Shown here: in pieces, positions 23,605 through 37,545 of the stretch
Layout: each line of letters starts with the position of its first letter
Numbering within the stretch: position 1 is the stretch's first letter
From: Oopsacas minuta
Lineage: Eukaryota > Animalia > Porifera
DNA length: 64,000 bases
Direction: 5' to 3'
NCBI GenBank assembly: GCA_024704765.1
Contig: JAKMXF010000305.1
Location: forward strand, 224,682 to 288,681
The notes under the pieces: generated by a model
What the model was told of the DNA's origin: nothing
The model's database searches: none
Seen by the model: only the letters and a program-made list of their open reading frames with translations
Made by a program: the position numbers and the translations under genes

Positions 23605-25778
23605 ATTTATTAATGTCAGGTTCAGTTTTAGAAATTGCGCATTGCATGTCGTCTTCTACTGACAATGGGTTCCTGTATTTGGTTTTTATCAAAACAATTT
23701 AAAAACAGATTCACACAAGTATGTAGAAGGAAAAGGGAGTAGGATCCAGATGGCCCTTTTAGATACATTGGGGTACAACTTGATCATCTTGTACCAGAGA
23801 AGAATGAGAGATATTCAGCGAAAATTCTTTAGCATTGCTATTAGATATTAATTCAATGAACTCTTTCTGTTCAGCGGGTGGGATAGAATCAACATTTACG
23901 TTGAAAGAGTTTCGGTAAGCAAAGATTTTTAACTCAAATCCTGAAAATAAGAAAGAAGTACTTGTTTAGTACTCTCAAGTGCTCCAGAATGGCTCCTTTT
24001 GTTACTGAATCTAAGGGATTTTCTTTTGTAAAATGTGCACATCCAAAGTCTGAAGTTAATTGTATATTCCTTTCCTAATTTGATTAGTCCACAACTACTA
24101 TTTCATTAAGAATGCGTTGACCTTATCGACAAATTAAGTACTGTGCTTTCGTTCCATTGCATCGATAAGTTTAGTAAATTCAGTCGAGATAAGATGTCAA
24201 CGAAGAAGGAAAGTTCAAAGCTCCACTCTTCAATATTAAATACGAACAGCATGTGTGGATGTTTCTGTTGCTGAACAAACTCATGGATTTCTGAGAGTAA
24301 TTCAAATACTCCTTTAAAGAATTGTTTCTGGAAAGCCAACGCACCTTTGTGTGAAATAGAAGGTTTTCTGAACAGGCATCAAATTCTTTGAAAAACTGTC
24401 GAAAGAGACGCGTATTCAATGCGGTTCGTTTAAAGTAGTTACCCAATATATAAACTCCAGACATTACATTAGAGAGTAGAGGAGGGAGTTTCTTTGAAGC
24501 AAGAGCATGTATATGTATCATGCAATGTAATGACATCGAATCTGAAACTTGTGCCTTAACTCGGGCTTGGAAAACTGAACGATACCCTAACATTGCTGGA
24601 GTTCCATCAGTACAGATTGCACAAATATTATTCAAGTCTACGCCGTTGTCAATAAAAATGTCAATTCCTTTCTAGTTGTTAATAAAGGAAAGCTAAACAG
24701 AAAATCTTCTTTGAAATCACCTTTATAAATATACCTGACAAAGCACAATACCTGAACAATTTAAGGAACATCAGTAGATTTATCCAACTAAATACTACAT
24801 TTTCCCGAGACTGCTGCCTTCACCTCGACTATAACCTGTAACTTGACATCTTCTGACATATCTATGCCACGACGATGAACAGTGTTGTTGGAAAGTGATA
24901 ACAGCGGTATGTTAAGTACGTTGACTTCACCTAGCATTAATCTCATAGTTTCCTTGATGCAAGCAATAAGAAAACCTTTCAAAATGTATCAGGTTTCTTC
25001 TGCTGTGCAATTTTTCAAAGAAATTAGGTCAATAGCTTCAATAGCTGAAATTGTTTGTCACTTATATGTTCCAGTAGTATCTAACCTGATCTGTTCTACT
25101 CCATTTTCTTTCCATTGAAAATACAGAACGTCTTTATCATTAAGATCGGGGTGACTTCTTTCAAGATGCCTTTTAAGAAGGATTGGTCTCATATTATCAG
25201 TACCTTTAAACAGAAAACATACTGAGGGCGTTCAAAACAACCAACATTAATATGTGTGAAACTAATTTTGATGTATTTATTGGAACAATTTCTCTTCTTT
25301 CCCCTTAGCCATTTGCAAGAAGTTCAAAATAATTTAATTCAAGTAGAATGAAAATAGAGATTATAAAATAAAATTATAGATCGTTTGATGATGACCACGT
25401 ACTTGGTTAATACCTCCCAGAAATAAAATTTAGTTGTTTTAAGGAAGCTGCCACAAACTTGTAGAAATATTAATGCTTGCTAGGAATAACGGAAGAAAGC
25501 AGTAATTGGACGAATAAAATATTTTCTTGATTTCCTACAGTGAAAATGTAAATTCGGAACAACAAGTTAACCAATCGCAATTAGTTAAGCGCAGTTAGAT
25601 GATTGTCAATCATTCTGGAAAATGAATTTCCAAGAGAAGCCTCAACGAATACATTTCTACAATTGATTGGTTAATTATCCGATAAAATGGCTCTTTCGTA
25701 CTTACTCCCTGGAAGGGGTGCTCATAGACTCGGACCCTTTAAGAATTGCCTCGCGTATCCCAGGTTGGGAATCCGTAA
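23605..25778 (-). mobile_element. hAT transposon relic, FAM200/ZBED8 (Buster) type
   Basis: ATG 25312; NMRP..LKRHLE..HP, SNNTVHRR, CTDGTPAMLG, HCMIH..ALASK, LLFHTKVRWLSR, C-terminal LSVEDDM.CAISKTEP; degraded end caggttgggaatcc. Confidence 0.85.
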
Positions 25779-26546
25779 TATAATAAGTATAAAATCAGAT
25801 TAAATCAAATATAAGAGAAAATATATATAAAGCTCTGCTCTAGTAAAGGAGAGATTTTGCAATGTTTAGCAACATAAAAATGAAATCACAAAGAATTTCA
25901 GGAATCAAGGTATGTTATCTAAATCCAGGGAAATAACAGACGAAAAGAGAAAAGAATGATTGGGATCGGACCCAGGCAAGCAAGCTATAAGAGTACGAAC
26001 TTACCAAATACACCGTTGAAACACAATGGTCAAAACCGACAAAATATGAAATAAAGCTCGTGTCCACAATAAATAGCAAGAACAAACACATAACCACAAT
26101 TAGGGAGCATAATAAAAACGGATCAAAAAATTAATTATTGGTTATGCCTCTTAGGTGATGTGTAGTAATGTGTAAACAATATACACAAACCCTGGAGATA
26201 ATCACATATACATTGTAGCATATGTACCACTAATATGGGCGAAAACTGTGCTCTAATAGAGGTGAGCTCTATGCATATTTTCAGAACCCTGGATAATTAT
26301 TGTATGAAGCGCGGATCAAGGAGGGAGGGAGAAGCAATGTAGGCAATTGCCCATTCCATTATTGAACCTCTAAATAGGTAGTATCCTAAGGGTAATACTC
26401 AAAATATAAGTATGGGCACGAGTGTTCTGAGATTTTCTTGATAAATATTGGCAAGTGGTGGAAACATGGACTCGATAAATGTACATTGGATGAACAATAT
26501 GGAAATACGTAAATAGACAAAACAAATAACAAAATAGTGAACATAC

Positions 26547-26737
26547 CAAGTAAATCAGTTAGTTGGTTAACTAATTTCTCTCCTTGTCCTGCATACGTTT
26601 CATTGCTTCGACAAAGATCAATTAGAGTTGATTTAAACATGGAGATATAATAGTTATCACCCATCGCTGAACCACTAATAAAAGTATCAAACTTGTCAAT
26701 AAATTCACTTTCAAGGTTAAAGGCTGATGTTTGTTCC
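26547..26737 (-). CDS. DOCK: DOCK-family GEF exon
   Basis: EQTSAFNLESEFIDKFDTFISGSAMGDNYYISMFKSTLIDLC...GEKLVNQLTDLL aligns with DOCK1 [29 protein letters not shown]; acceptor ccctctag, donor gtatgt; phase 2 to 1. Confidence 0.88.
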
Positions 26738-27388
26738 CTAGAGGGATAATATCATTCAATTAGAAAATGTATAAGAAGTAATTCAGAGGTTATAAAAACT
26801 GAAGGTTTGAAAATGATGGTTCGGGCTTTAAGGATCGGATACACAAAAATGGAAATATAATCGAAAAACAACTCTAATCGCATGGTAGGTCAAGAATGGC
26901 GACAGTATACCTAGTATTCTTGTTTCGGGTTAGTATAAGTAAAACTACAAATTTGCTTACAATGCATTGTTTGTTACGCGAGGGGATGTCCTCCGGGACA
27001 GTAAGTTGATCCCAAATATTAATGCGGGCAAGGACAGTGGGTTATTTGCTTCCAGTAGGGGAAACAAATGACGATTTAATCTCCGATAAATGATGCAAAA
27101 GACTGGAACATCTTCTCTATCCCCTTACCTTAAGTCCTTATGAATTTTGTTGTTATCAAACAAGAAAATATTCTCTATGGCTAAGGGATGACTATAAGCT
27201 AGCAGTGGTGAACAGGATTTCACTTCCAGACACGTAAATTCAAATTTCGAAAAATTTCAAAAATTCAGGTCGCTTCGCAAGCAGCAAGAACCCAATGCAC
27301 AAATTGCCGAGAGACATTACCAAAAGCTATCAGTTTCAATGTCACTAGAGCAAGTCATCAAATATATTTATAGGACGATGGATAAATA

Positions 27389-28720
27389 CTATGGCGTTCA
27401 GTAAGTCTTGTGGGTGATATCATAGAATATGATACAAACACTATACACACTAATTCACTATATTATTTATTCAAAGTAATCCCCTCCTGCAGATACACAA
27501 AGTTTTAACCTTTCCACCCACTTGTAAAACACATTTCTGTACTCTTCTTCGGGGATGGATTTGAAGTACTGCTACAGTCCCGTTCCGAGTGCTTGTAATG
27601 TGTTAAATATTTGCCTTGAAGGTAGATTTTAAGCTTAGGGAGTAGCCAAAAATCACACGAAGCTAGGTCTGGCGAGTATGGTGGATGGGGAAGTAATTCA
27701 AACCCTTCTACATCCAAGAAATCTTTGGAAAGCTTAGCTGTATGGGAACTGGCGTTATCAATTAAAATCTTCATTCCTCGAGTTCCGGTTTTTGGGGGTA
27801 TTTTACATATTTTTTATCAAATTTGGAAGCACTTGCTCTGTAAAGAAAGTTGGTGTAACAGCCTTGCCACTCTCACAAGGTAATTGCAAGACAATTCCAT
27901 GACTACTGAAGAAGATAGTATAAATAATCTTAGGTTTTCTGAAGTCGGGCCTAGGAATTTTCCCCGGTTGTTCGTCGCCCCTCACTCATGATGGCTTCTT
28001 ATACTTGCTATATGGTGTTGAATAGTACACCCACGTCTCGTCACAAGTAATAATCTCTGATAGGCGTCTAGAATCGCAGTTCTCATAAGTTTCCAAGAGT
28101 TTCTTGGCAATATTCAGTCGTGCCAATCTTTGATTCTCACTGAGCTTATACGGGACCCGTTTCGCACAAATCGATCGGTAGCAAAGTTCAGTTGTCAGAA
28201 TTGTATGAATAGCTCCCGATGAAATTTCCATACTTTGTTGCAACTGATTGACAGTAATGCACTTGTCTTCCATGACCATACTTTCAATGAGTGCGATACT
28301 CTCTGAAGTGGTGGCGGATACCGGTCTTCCAGATCGAGGCAAATCTGTGACATCAGTATCACCAGATCCAAAATGGGAAGCCCATCGCTCTACTGTAGAT
28401 CTGGAAGGACAATCCACGCACAATATATCCTGTAACTCGCTGAGGATCTGTACGAGCTGGATCTTGAGTATTGTACGAAACTCTATGTAAGTTCGCCATT
28501 TGAAGTTGAAATTACCATACTTTGAAGCCATAAATTCAACAGTGGGTATAAATTGACTACACGTAATAATCTCAAACATTTATATTTTGTATTGAATATG
28601 CTTGAAACTTCCAGTATATGGAGTTTAACTATATGGGCTTATAATATATGAAAGTTAGATATATTACTTGACTAGTTCCTAAGATATATCATGACCCGCA
28701 AGACTTATTGAACGCCCTGA
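27389..28720 (-). mobile_element. Full-length mariner (DD34D), frameshifted
   Basis: TIRs ct(a)t/gggcgttca(g/a)taagtcttg(t/c)gggt; TA flanks; ORFs 27986-28579, 27803-27985, 27505-27774 with ITCDETW, DNASSH, HPPYSPDLASCDFWL. Confidence 0.93.
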
Positions 28721-29551
28721 TAAAGCCAAAGTTTCTGCTATATTTTAAACATTAGCAAGTAAGACAGAGATCTACCCTTCGGTAGCGAACAAAGTAATAA
28801 GAAGCTATTTTATACTTAAGCAAATTCCGAGGTATGAAGTGTTGGACATATGGGCGCCCTCGAACAGCGTCTTCGCCTGATGGGGCACCCAGGCGCCATC
28901 AGGCAAGCTCAACATATGCACATGGGCATATTAAACCCCTATTATGTTTACTTTATTGAATATAGTATAGCACACCTATAAAAATCTAATTCAAACTTAA
29001 GCATGGACGGTGTTTATTTTGACAATAATTATATATCCAATATACATGAGGTAAATATCGATCAAAAGGAACAGTTCCTCTAATACCAAGAGGCTAAAAA
29101 CTTAGCCCCTTAAAAGGACATTAAACTTTAAATTATAGATCAACATCTACTGATTATTCACGTAGGCAGTTATTTCTCAATTCTCATATTTGATTTTCAC
29201 AATTCTGATAATCTGTTTAGCAAACTAGGTTGCTATATACGGTAAAAAAATCTAAGCAAAAATAATATATAATAGGGGGTGGTGACAAAATCGCTATTTA
29301 AAGTTTGCCACATTCAAATACAATATCACTTGCATACTTACCACCCATTGCAACTGTATCTCTGGATGCTTTCTATAAATCCCTGGATTTCTAACATTTC
29401 CTTGGATCTAAAATTTATATGGAAATAATACGATATTTCTTCTATGAGAAAAAACCTCATATATCCAATAATATCTATGGGTATAGGAACTTTTCCCCTG
29501 GATCTTGGGCCAAATTCAAGGATAATACAGGGATCCCTGGATGGTTGGCAA

Positions 29552-32406
29552 CAGTGGCGTAGCCAGGGGGGGCCAAGGGGACTATGGCACCCCGAAATAA
29601 TAATTGGATGAGCATCCAAAAATCATCCTAACTAACTTTATGCCTCTTTATAATTTAAATAAAAATACTACAAAACAAAGTCAATCTTTCCACTACTTTT
29701 CGACATTTCATTAATGATTTCTTTTGGTTCAAGTTGGATTTCACGTCCATGGACAGAAATTAAAGCAAGGCCAGTAAGCCTTTCTTCCCTCATCGAGTTC
29801 CTAAGATATCTTTTTAGACGCTTCAGGAACGAAAAGTTTCTTTCACTGATTGCGGTTGTTATAGGTATTGTCGAAAAATCTGAAGGCTGCGGAAAACAGC
29901 TGATAGTAAGTCTTTATTGTAGTGTACTATGACACTGAGTCAACAACATCTTCAGGAATCGATTCACCCTTTGTTGTATTCTCAATCCGAATTTGTTCCC
30001 ATATTATCATTTGTGCCTCGATTTCAGAAAAACTAAATGGCATTAATGACTCCATAGGCCCTATTACTTTTTGCAAATCACCCAATGGCATTTTCTCACC
30101 TTGACTTGGAAGAAGTTTCTGAAGTGTAAAAACGTTTCGTTTGTGATTCAAGAATCTCCAATTCATCTTTTAAATCAGGCACTGGTAATATTGAATAAAA
30201 ACACGTTTTCGCTGAAATAACTCCTCTTTTCCAACGAAATTGGGGTTATTCCTTGCATGAGCTCTTGGCAAAATAACTAACAACCCAAATGTTTCAGAGA
30301 TTAATTAAGTTTTGTTTAAACTCTAGTAATCGCACTATCTTGATTCATTTCCTTTTCTAAAATGAAACCACATTTTCAATAAGTGAACAAATCTGAGCCT
30401 CCATTGTTGGTGATTGTAATTATCTCGAAACAATGAGAAAAAGAGCGCTGGGATTTTCCAAAACAGTACAGGAGTAGATAAGGTCAAATGATGTGCAGAC
30501 ATGAATAAGTTGATTACCTTTCGAACCTGTATCTCCTTGACAAGACTTAGTTCTTCCAAACATGCAACAACTGGCTCTATTAATCCCATAAACACAAGCA
30601 TTGAATCATGTCTTTCAACCTATCTTGTACCTCAAACGGTTTTCAGTTGCTGACGCTTCGATTCTGGGAATACAGCTTGGATGGCTTGGCATAGTTTCTC
30701 TTCCGCCAAAGAATACCCATGAAAGAACGATAATAGAAGAGAGATTAGAAAATACGCTCCCCAGAATTATATTATTTGCTTTTCCAATTGTTAAGTTTAA
30801 GCTGTATGATGAGCAGTGTGTTTAGTGAACCACTGGATATTTTTCATGGATGCCTGCCTGTACTCCTTAATAGTTTCCAGACATACTACTAGTACCATCC
30901 AAACTTAGTCCTACCAAATTATTCAAATCTAATCCAGTAGAAATACAGAATGAAATGATTGAATTTGCCATTCCTTCTCCTGTGGGATCTGTTACAGTAA
31001 TAAAGCCAAGAAACATTTCCTTGAAAAATACTGAACGATCATTTTGAAAACATACCGAACTGAAATTGAAAGCTCCTCATGAGCTGAAACATCAGCAAAT
31101 TCATCCGCTAAATAGAGAATGGTGCACTTTTTGGACTTCTGAAACTATTCTTTGACATATCTATGTTCTACAAATATTGATGATCTCGTTCTGGATCATT
31201 GGGCTCTAATATTTAGAATTAGATCCACTTGAGTCGAGGTGGTGTTTCAATACAATGTCTACTGCTCTCAGACCTAATCTTAGTGCAGCACGAAAGTTAC
31301 CATCGTTTTCTTTCGGCTCTTCGATATCTAGCTGCCTAGATCCACCCTTGTGTCCGCGAAAGGATAACTCCTGTCTACGCAAAAGGAGGATTGTCTCAAT
31401 TATAGGCACTAATCGCTACAGTTTAATCGTTTTTGTTGGATTCTTTGTTAGTGAAGGTGGTCTTGAATATCCGATCCCGGAGTTTCTGTTATCCGTTTGA
31501 AAGTTTCACAATCGACACAACAGTCTCTATGATAGGTTAACTGACTTTGGTTATTTATAATTTCAATGGCACACTTGTAGTTGGTGAATGCGGTAGTTAC
31601 TAAGGAGCCAACCTTTTGTGAACCTCCCTTACCTACTCGTTTATTATTTCGGTCGAGGAATAAAAAGCAAATTTTACAAAACGCACCGGAAAAAATTTCA
31701 GAATAAGCAAGCAATTTGTAGATACTCAGCGATTTGATATTAAAGTACCAATTTCTCTCTCCATGGATAATTAGGCGAAATTTGTAATTTTCTGGGGTAT
31801 CCAACAGTTAAATAGAAGCTCCAAATGAAACTATTTTTCTACTGGGATATATCCAGTAACATAGAGACCTAAATTAAATTTAGAATTCACTGTTGTTGAA
31901 TCTGTTAGAACTGAATCGATAGTGACTTGTTCCGATTATCAGATTGTGAAAGATTGTCTTTTTCATTCAGGGTAGATAATACCTCATTGTCAGATTCGTT
32001 CATGGTGACAACCTATTCTCAATCCTTGCGTCTTGAGGGATAAACGAGTCAAGAATTTCCCTCGACGTTTAGTCATTCAGTAGAATAGAAGATAAATCAA
32101 AATATTAATATAATTTAAATATACGAGAAATTTGGAATTATAAAAATAGATTCTATCCGAGAAATGAGATGATGTGCGTTTACTTAAATCAAGTCATACA
32201 TTTATACTGTTAAATTATTAATGTAATGGGCCCTTTTGAGGATGTAAGCATTTGTTTTTAGAAAACACTAATCAATAATCATTAACTATAATTCAATGAT
32301 TATTCCTCACATTTCTAAAGATTCATATTAACCATAAACTTTTCTAAAATATGATACAAAAGTAGGACTTTCGCCCCCCTGAATGAAAGAAATAGATACG
32401 CCACAC
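29552..32406 (-). mobile_element. hAT transposon, ZMYM1/THAP12(PRKRIR)-like transposase relic
   Basis: Left end cagtggcgtagccagggggg, right end tacgccacac; perfect 8-bp TSD gttggcaa (29544-29551, 32407-32414); GAFCKIC, RQELSFRGH, NDGNFRAALR, ADE.ADVS motifs. Confidence 0.9.
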
Positions 32407-32533
32407 GTTGGCAAATATGAACTCGCATAAACGGACACTAGTAAAGACATGAAAACTTTTCGTTTCAGCAAATTATAGGAATATAAAAGTGGAAAATTAT
32501 GTCGGATACTATTTCATATCAGAACCACAGTTG

Positions 32534-32985
32534 CAGAGATGTGGATTTGGATTTGATTTGGATTTAATTTGGATTTGATTGACTATTATTTTATTTTATT
32601 TGGATTTGATTCAATGTCTGAGTCAAATCCTTTTGAAAATGTTATTTAGCTTTAAGTACGCATATATTTCATCCATTGCTAGGATCTGTCTTTAAAATAC
32701 AATACATTTGCATAATTAATGACATAGGAACAAGGTACTCAGAAATTTATTAGTGTAGCGCAGGCTGTAATCATTATCATCACACTTGAGTAGATACAGT
32801 AGACTTTCGTATTACGTACATCTCGGAAGGGCCCGATTATCTTTGTACGTCTTGTAATATCCGAAAGTCATATTACCAAGTGATTTGATTTGGGTTTGAT
32901 TTGAATGGATTTGATTTGAATGCATTTGATTTGGATTTGATTTGATTTGGATATGAATGAAATATTAATCAAATACACAACTCTG
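32534..32985. mobile_element. hAT-type MITE with GATTTG subterminal arrays
   Basis: 16-bp TIR cagagatgtggatttg versus revcomp cagagttgtgtatttg; flanks cacagttg / catagtcg (6 of 8 match, both C/T transitions). Confidence 0.7.
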
Positions 32986-33097
32986 CATAGTCGGGTTATG
33001 TGGGTCTTCTGGATTATTCAGGTTTCACTGCAAAACCTTGGATATTGGAAAAACCCTGAAGTATTAATTTCAAAATCATTAATAGATAAGCAATTAC

Positions 33098-33423
33098 CTG
33101 AAAGATACTGTAAAAAAATCGTAGAATATTGGAATAACCATGGAACGTAGATGATTAGGAGGTAAAAGTGATAAACGAACAAATACACCAAACAAGTTTT
33201 GCAAAAAGAGGTGCTGAAAATTTTCTATCAGTTTCCATTTTTCGATAATTAACTCAACCATAGTAATTCTCATGTCACCATATCTTTCCAAAATATTCTG
33301 TCTAGAAAATTCAGAGAGTGCCTCCAATTGAAGCTCTTCCTGTAAGCAGAATTTGCATGATAATTCAAAGAACGCACACCACAATTTAATGTTAATACCA
33401 TCATTTTCGGTAACGCAGAGAAC
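33098..33423 (-). CDS. DOCK: DOCK-family GEF exon
   Basis: LWCAFFELSCKFCLQEELQLEALSEFSRQNILERYGDMR...LLPPNHLRSMVIPIFYDFF matches DOCK1 [21 protein letters not shown]...KYGDMR...LRKATIPIFFDMM; acceptor gttttccttag, donor gtaatt; phase 0 to 2. Confidence 0.93.
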
Positions 33424-36400
33424 CTAAGGAAAACATATGTAAGAATAGGATATATCAATTGATTAATTAATAACATCAAATGATTAAGAAAGAATATACC
33501 ATACCCAGAAAATGCATTCATCAATATCAAAATTTCCATACAAATAATAATATAATGGGTCTATTCTTGATGATGAATACAATATAGAATTATGATTGAG
33601 ATTATTTCTAGTGTCACATTCGAAATCTACTTGCTATGATAATACAATTCCTAAGACTTCAGTGAAATAATCACTAATAATTCTGAAAATATCCAAACCT
33701 GTGTCACTTAGTGAAACTTATCACCATATGATAACTGTAAATGGTATAAGTCGCACAATATGCATGAGTTGAGAATATTTAGAATCAACATTTGGTATCA
33801 AAATGGGAAAGATGTATATTGGGGTTTGAAAATAAGCAGAATGCAAATTTGACATGGGATATACTCTAAATCTTACAGTTTTACCGTAATAGCAAATCAA
33901 AAATAGACAAGATTAGAACAAATTTTAAGGAAATTTTGCAGTGGCTGAATATGTTTGTTCTGACATGCTTTATATAACAAAAATGATACCTGGCATGACT
34001 GTATATGTGGATTTAATAAATGGCAAAAAATAAAAACCACTTTGTTGTTGGCGTGCGTCACGCTCAACAAACCTCAAGAGGAGTATCGAGAATTGTTGCC
34101 CAAATAATATTCACAAAAATTTTGATTGTAAAGCATCATTCATTACCCTAATCCATATTTGAATATAATTGAGTATCTCATTATTGGCAAGAAACATCTG
34201 TAAATTAGCAAGGTGTCATATAATTGTAAGTTGGAGCAGTTGATTTAGGACAGCTAGCGAGTCAGTGTTTTGTCAAGAGTAACCATTAATAATTCTTTAC
34301 GTATCCCAAACTTGTTTTTCATGGTATCATAACCAGAAAAAATGAATCGCCACCAATACGTATATCCTGGCTATAGGATCTAGTAAAGATAAGTTGCAGC
34401 AGTATGCGTAAACGCTATGTTGTATATAATGCAAATTCCTAGCTATAAAATTTCTTAGTGTTCTTAGTTATTATTGTCACTACAAGACCAAATATAAGCA
34501 GCATTATGTGCTTCGAAATCCTGAAATAATGAGATTTGTAAATCATATTATTCCTCGTCCATCCAAATAATGTAACTTCAATAATTGAAGTCAGATCTGA
34601 TTATCAGCCTAAATTTCCTGTAGTTTCCGTAGTGGTCTCTTGACAACATGTGGAAAAATTTTCCAGAGCAAAACATGAAGGTCCAAGGACTGTGTCAACA
34701 TTTCATTCTTTACCCTTCCAAACCCTTAACAGTGCCGAATATTCGCGCAACAATGGTAGTTGAGTCAATTGATGCACATAGATGCCTCTAAATAACCTAA
34801 ATACTCGATTTTTAACGGTATTAATACCCATGGACTTATAATCATTCTATTTTCAAATTCTAGCCAACACATGATAGTATCTTCTTTGTTACAGAAAAAT
34901 TTACTATAAATGTAAAATATATTGTCAAGAAGTAGATCGAGGTATAAGACTTAGTGATATATGCTATTTTGATCAGAAATTTATGATTGAATAATCGTTT
35001 GAGTGGGATAATTCGAGGGATACGTCAATTTCCGAATTATATAATACTATATCGTTATTATACTTATCTTACTGATTTTTGCTAGGCAGATTTATTCGAT
35101 GAATGAAAATATTTCACCAACGAAGTATAGGATGATTTAGTAATTAAATCGGGTGTTTATTAATCCGACTGTTTCCCTCTTTTCTCCTGAATGTTGGTGG
35201 GAAAAAACAACCAAGGATAACGGAATGTGAAGGTCTAAATGTCTAGGGAGGGTCCAGCCTATGGGGAGAACGGGAGATTTCACGATGGCAGGTGGTCCGA
35301 TGGTCGATGGGCCAGTGAGCTGCACACAAACCCTTCGGTACAGTGTAAGGATATTTCTAATAGTATAGAACAACTGTTAAACTACGATAAAGATTATTAG
35401 AGTATTTCAAGGTCTGCTCACTATAATGATCATATTGCCTATTTCATATCGTCAATTTATTGAAGTAATCTATTTTTCCAAAATATATTTACTCTCTATC
35501 CGTCTGCCTGGACCACAGAAGTGGTCGCTACCTCGTTGTCGTTTTTACATTCTAATTAGCACGTGTTAGAGTAGAAAATTTGATAGGTCAAGACTAGCCC
35601 AATTGATAAGCGGAGATATAACCTCATATCTGAAAGGAAAGACATTTTTACACCTATCACGTAGAGTTTGAAGAAAACTCATTTAGATATTAGAAATTTA
35701 TCACATTCCACACAAATGATAAATAACTAGTCTATAGCTCTTACTTACCTATCCCCAATCAATTCTAGACAAATCACCAAGATATTTTTACTTTCGGTTT
35801 CTATTAGTAGTGAAATGGGCCAGTCGAAAATTTTCCTGGGCCGAATTATTGAGCCCAGTCCGCCCTGCTAATATCCATCACATTCCGAAAACCATGTGAA
35901 GTTTGAATTCACATATAAAGGAAGCATTATGATCCACTTTTAGATAAGCTGGAAACTATGCTTTATGGTTTCCAGGTTATCTTTAAAGTGCTCAACCATC
36001 GTTCGTCGAATATTATTTTCAAATTCATCTGCTTTTGATATATTCACTTATATCAAGCATGTGATTGAATTTATTTGTTAATGATATATGTACAAGATAT
36101 CCAAGGAAGTAAACATACTTAGGATGTTTTCCTCAACTCAAGTTTTGGACTCTACAGTTCCTTAATCTTAGATCCACATAGAGTTGATCTTACTATTCGA
36201 TTTGTGAATATCATGAAATCAATTCGGAACAACTGGCCAAACCAATAATATTGCAATTGTAAGTTCAAATAACAATCATTAAAAATGTTTTTCAAATTAA
36301 TGTTGCTTCTTTTGAAATATTCGAGTTAAGTAGATAGCTGATTAAGTTCCTTAGCTAAATTTGCTCCCTGGTTAACATCAATGCATGTTGGCCTTCAAGT

Positions 36401-37361
36401 TTATGAAGCTAGGAGGTTTTTGATATTTCTACAGCTTCTAACATCAAAGTTTGTTCAGAATCTCATTTGGATACTCAGTTCCACATAGCTGAGTATAGAA
36501 CTATCATATGCAACATATGGAAAATATTAAATATTAACGCGTATAATGGACAATATGGGTTTACTTCCGAATGAAGAATTCTCCACCCTTTCGCCTCGAA
36601 AGACCCAAGATTCATATATGTGATAAGGGTTATTGGCTGGAATGAAACAAATGATAAACTAGTCTCATAAAACAGGCAACCTTAGGAGCCAAACTTTTAC
36701 AAGCTTTCGCCATTCATTAATTTGCATATAATCGATAATTAATTACATATTACAGGAGTGTGCAAAATTAAGAACAACAAAACATTTCCGAATATTATCT
36801 AACCACTTCAGCAAATTGGTAATGAGACTTTATACAAAATATATATGTAGCATATAGAATTGGAGAAGTGAATATCATATGCGTGAACTTGTCCTAAAAG
36901 ATATCAATTTGTCATTTTTAAAGCTGTTAAACTCATTAAATAGAAAATTATCACTAAAAACATTGAAAGTCAAAATAGTCACAATGTACTGTAAATGAGT
37001 AAATTAGAAACTCAGATTTGAATTATGGTTAGATCAATTTCGGAATATATTGTTAAGTAAGTAATTGTTTACGGCAGCTAGTGTACTGCACAAATACCTC
37101 AAGCGCTTGCATTTATCGCCGGATATACTCTTATGGTAAGTGAACAAATTGTTGTCAAGCCTGCTTATCTTCACTTACTGAGGACAAAATGGAAATACTG
37201 GAATCAATCGAATTAGCTAGTATTCTCTTGAAATTTATTGATCGAGGTCCACTGAAGTAGCCGTATGATATGCGTAATCGTTATTGACCAAAACTATTAT
37301 ATAGTATAGTGGCTCAGCTAAAAAATGGTTGACATAGCATATACGTATCTATAAATCTATA

Positions 37362-37545
37362 CAGTGGAGTCTCCCAAAACGGACACCCCGAGAAGCAGAC
37401 AACTCCTACAACGGACAAACTTTGTGGGATAGATTGATTTTCCACGCATGTAATTATAACTTAAGCAGTCTCCGAGGAGCGGATAATTCTCTACAATGGG
37501 CAGATACCATGTCCCCAACGTGTCCATTATTCGGAGACTCCACTG
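37362..37545. mobile_element. Complete pogo-type MITE (184 bp)
   Basis: Perfect 13-bp TIR cagtggagtctcc, extending imperfectly to about 25 bp; TA on both sides. Confidence 0.88.

Noticed and set aside
16142-26546. RAG2-like kelch ORF partnering the RAG1-like relic
   Set aside because: No kelch-like ORF was recognised; this interval is accounted for by other transposons.
32880-32950. GATTT repeats as interstitial telomere
   Set aside because: Not TTAGGG-like, and contained within a TIR/TSD-bounded MITE.
35137-35373. ORF with LPIGW suggesting a WW domain
   Set aside because: Lacks the aromatic YY/F pair and second W; no splice support.
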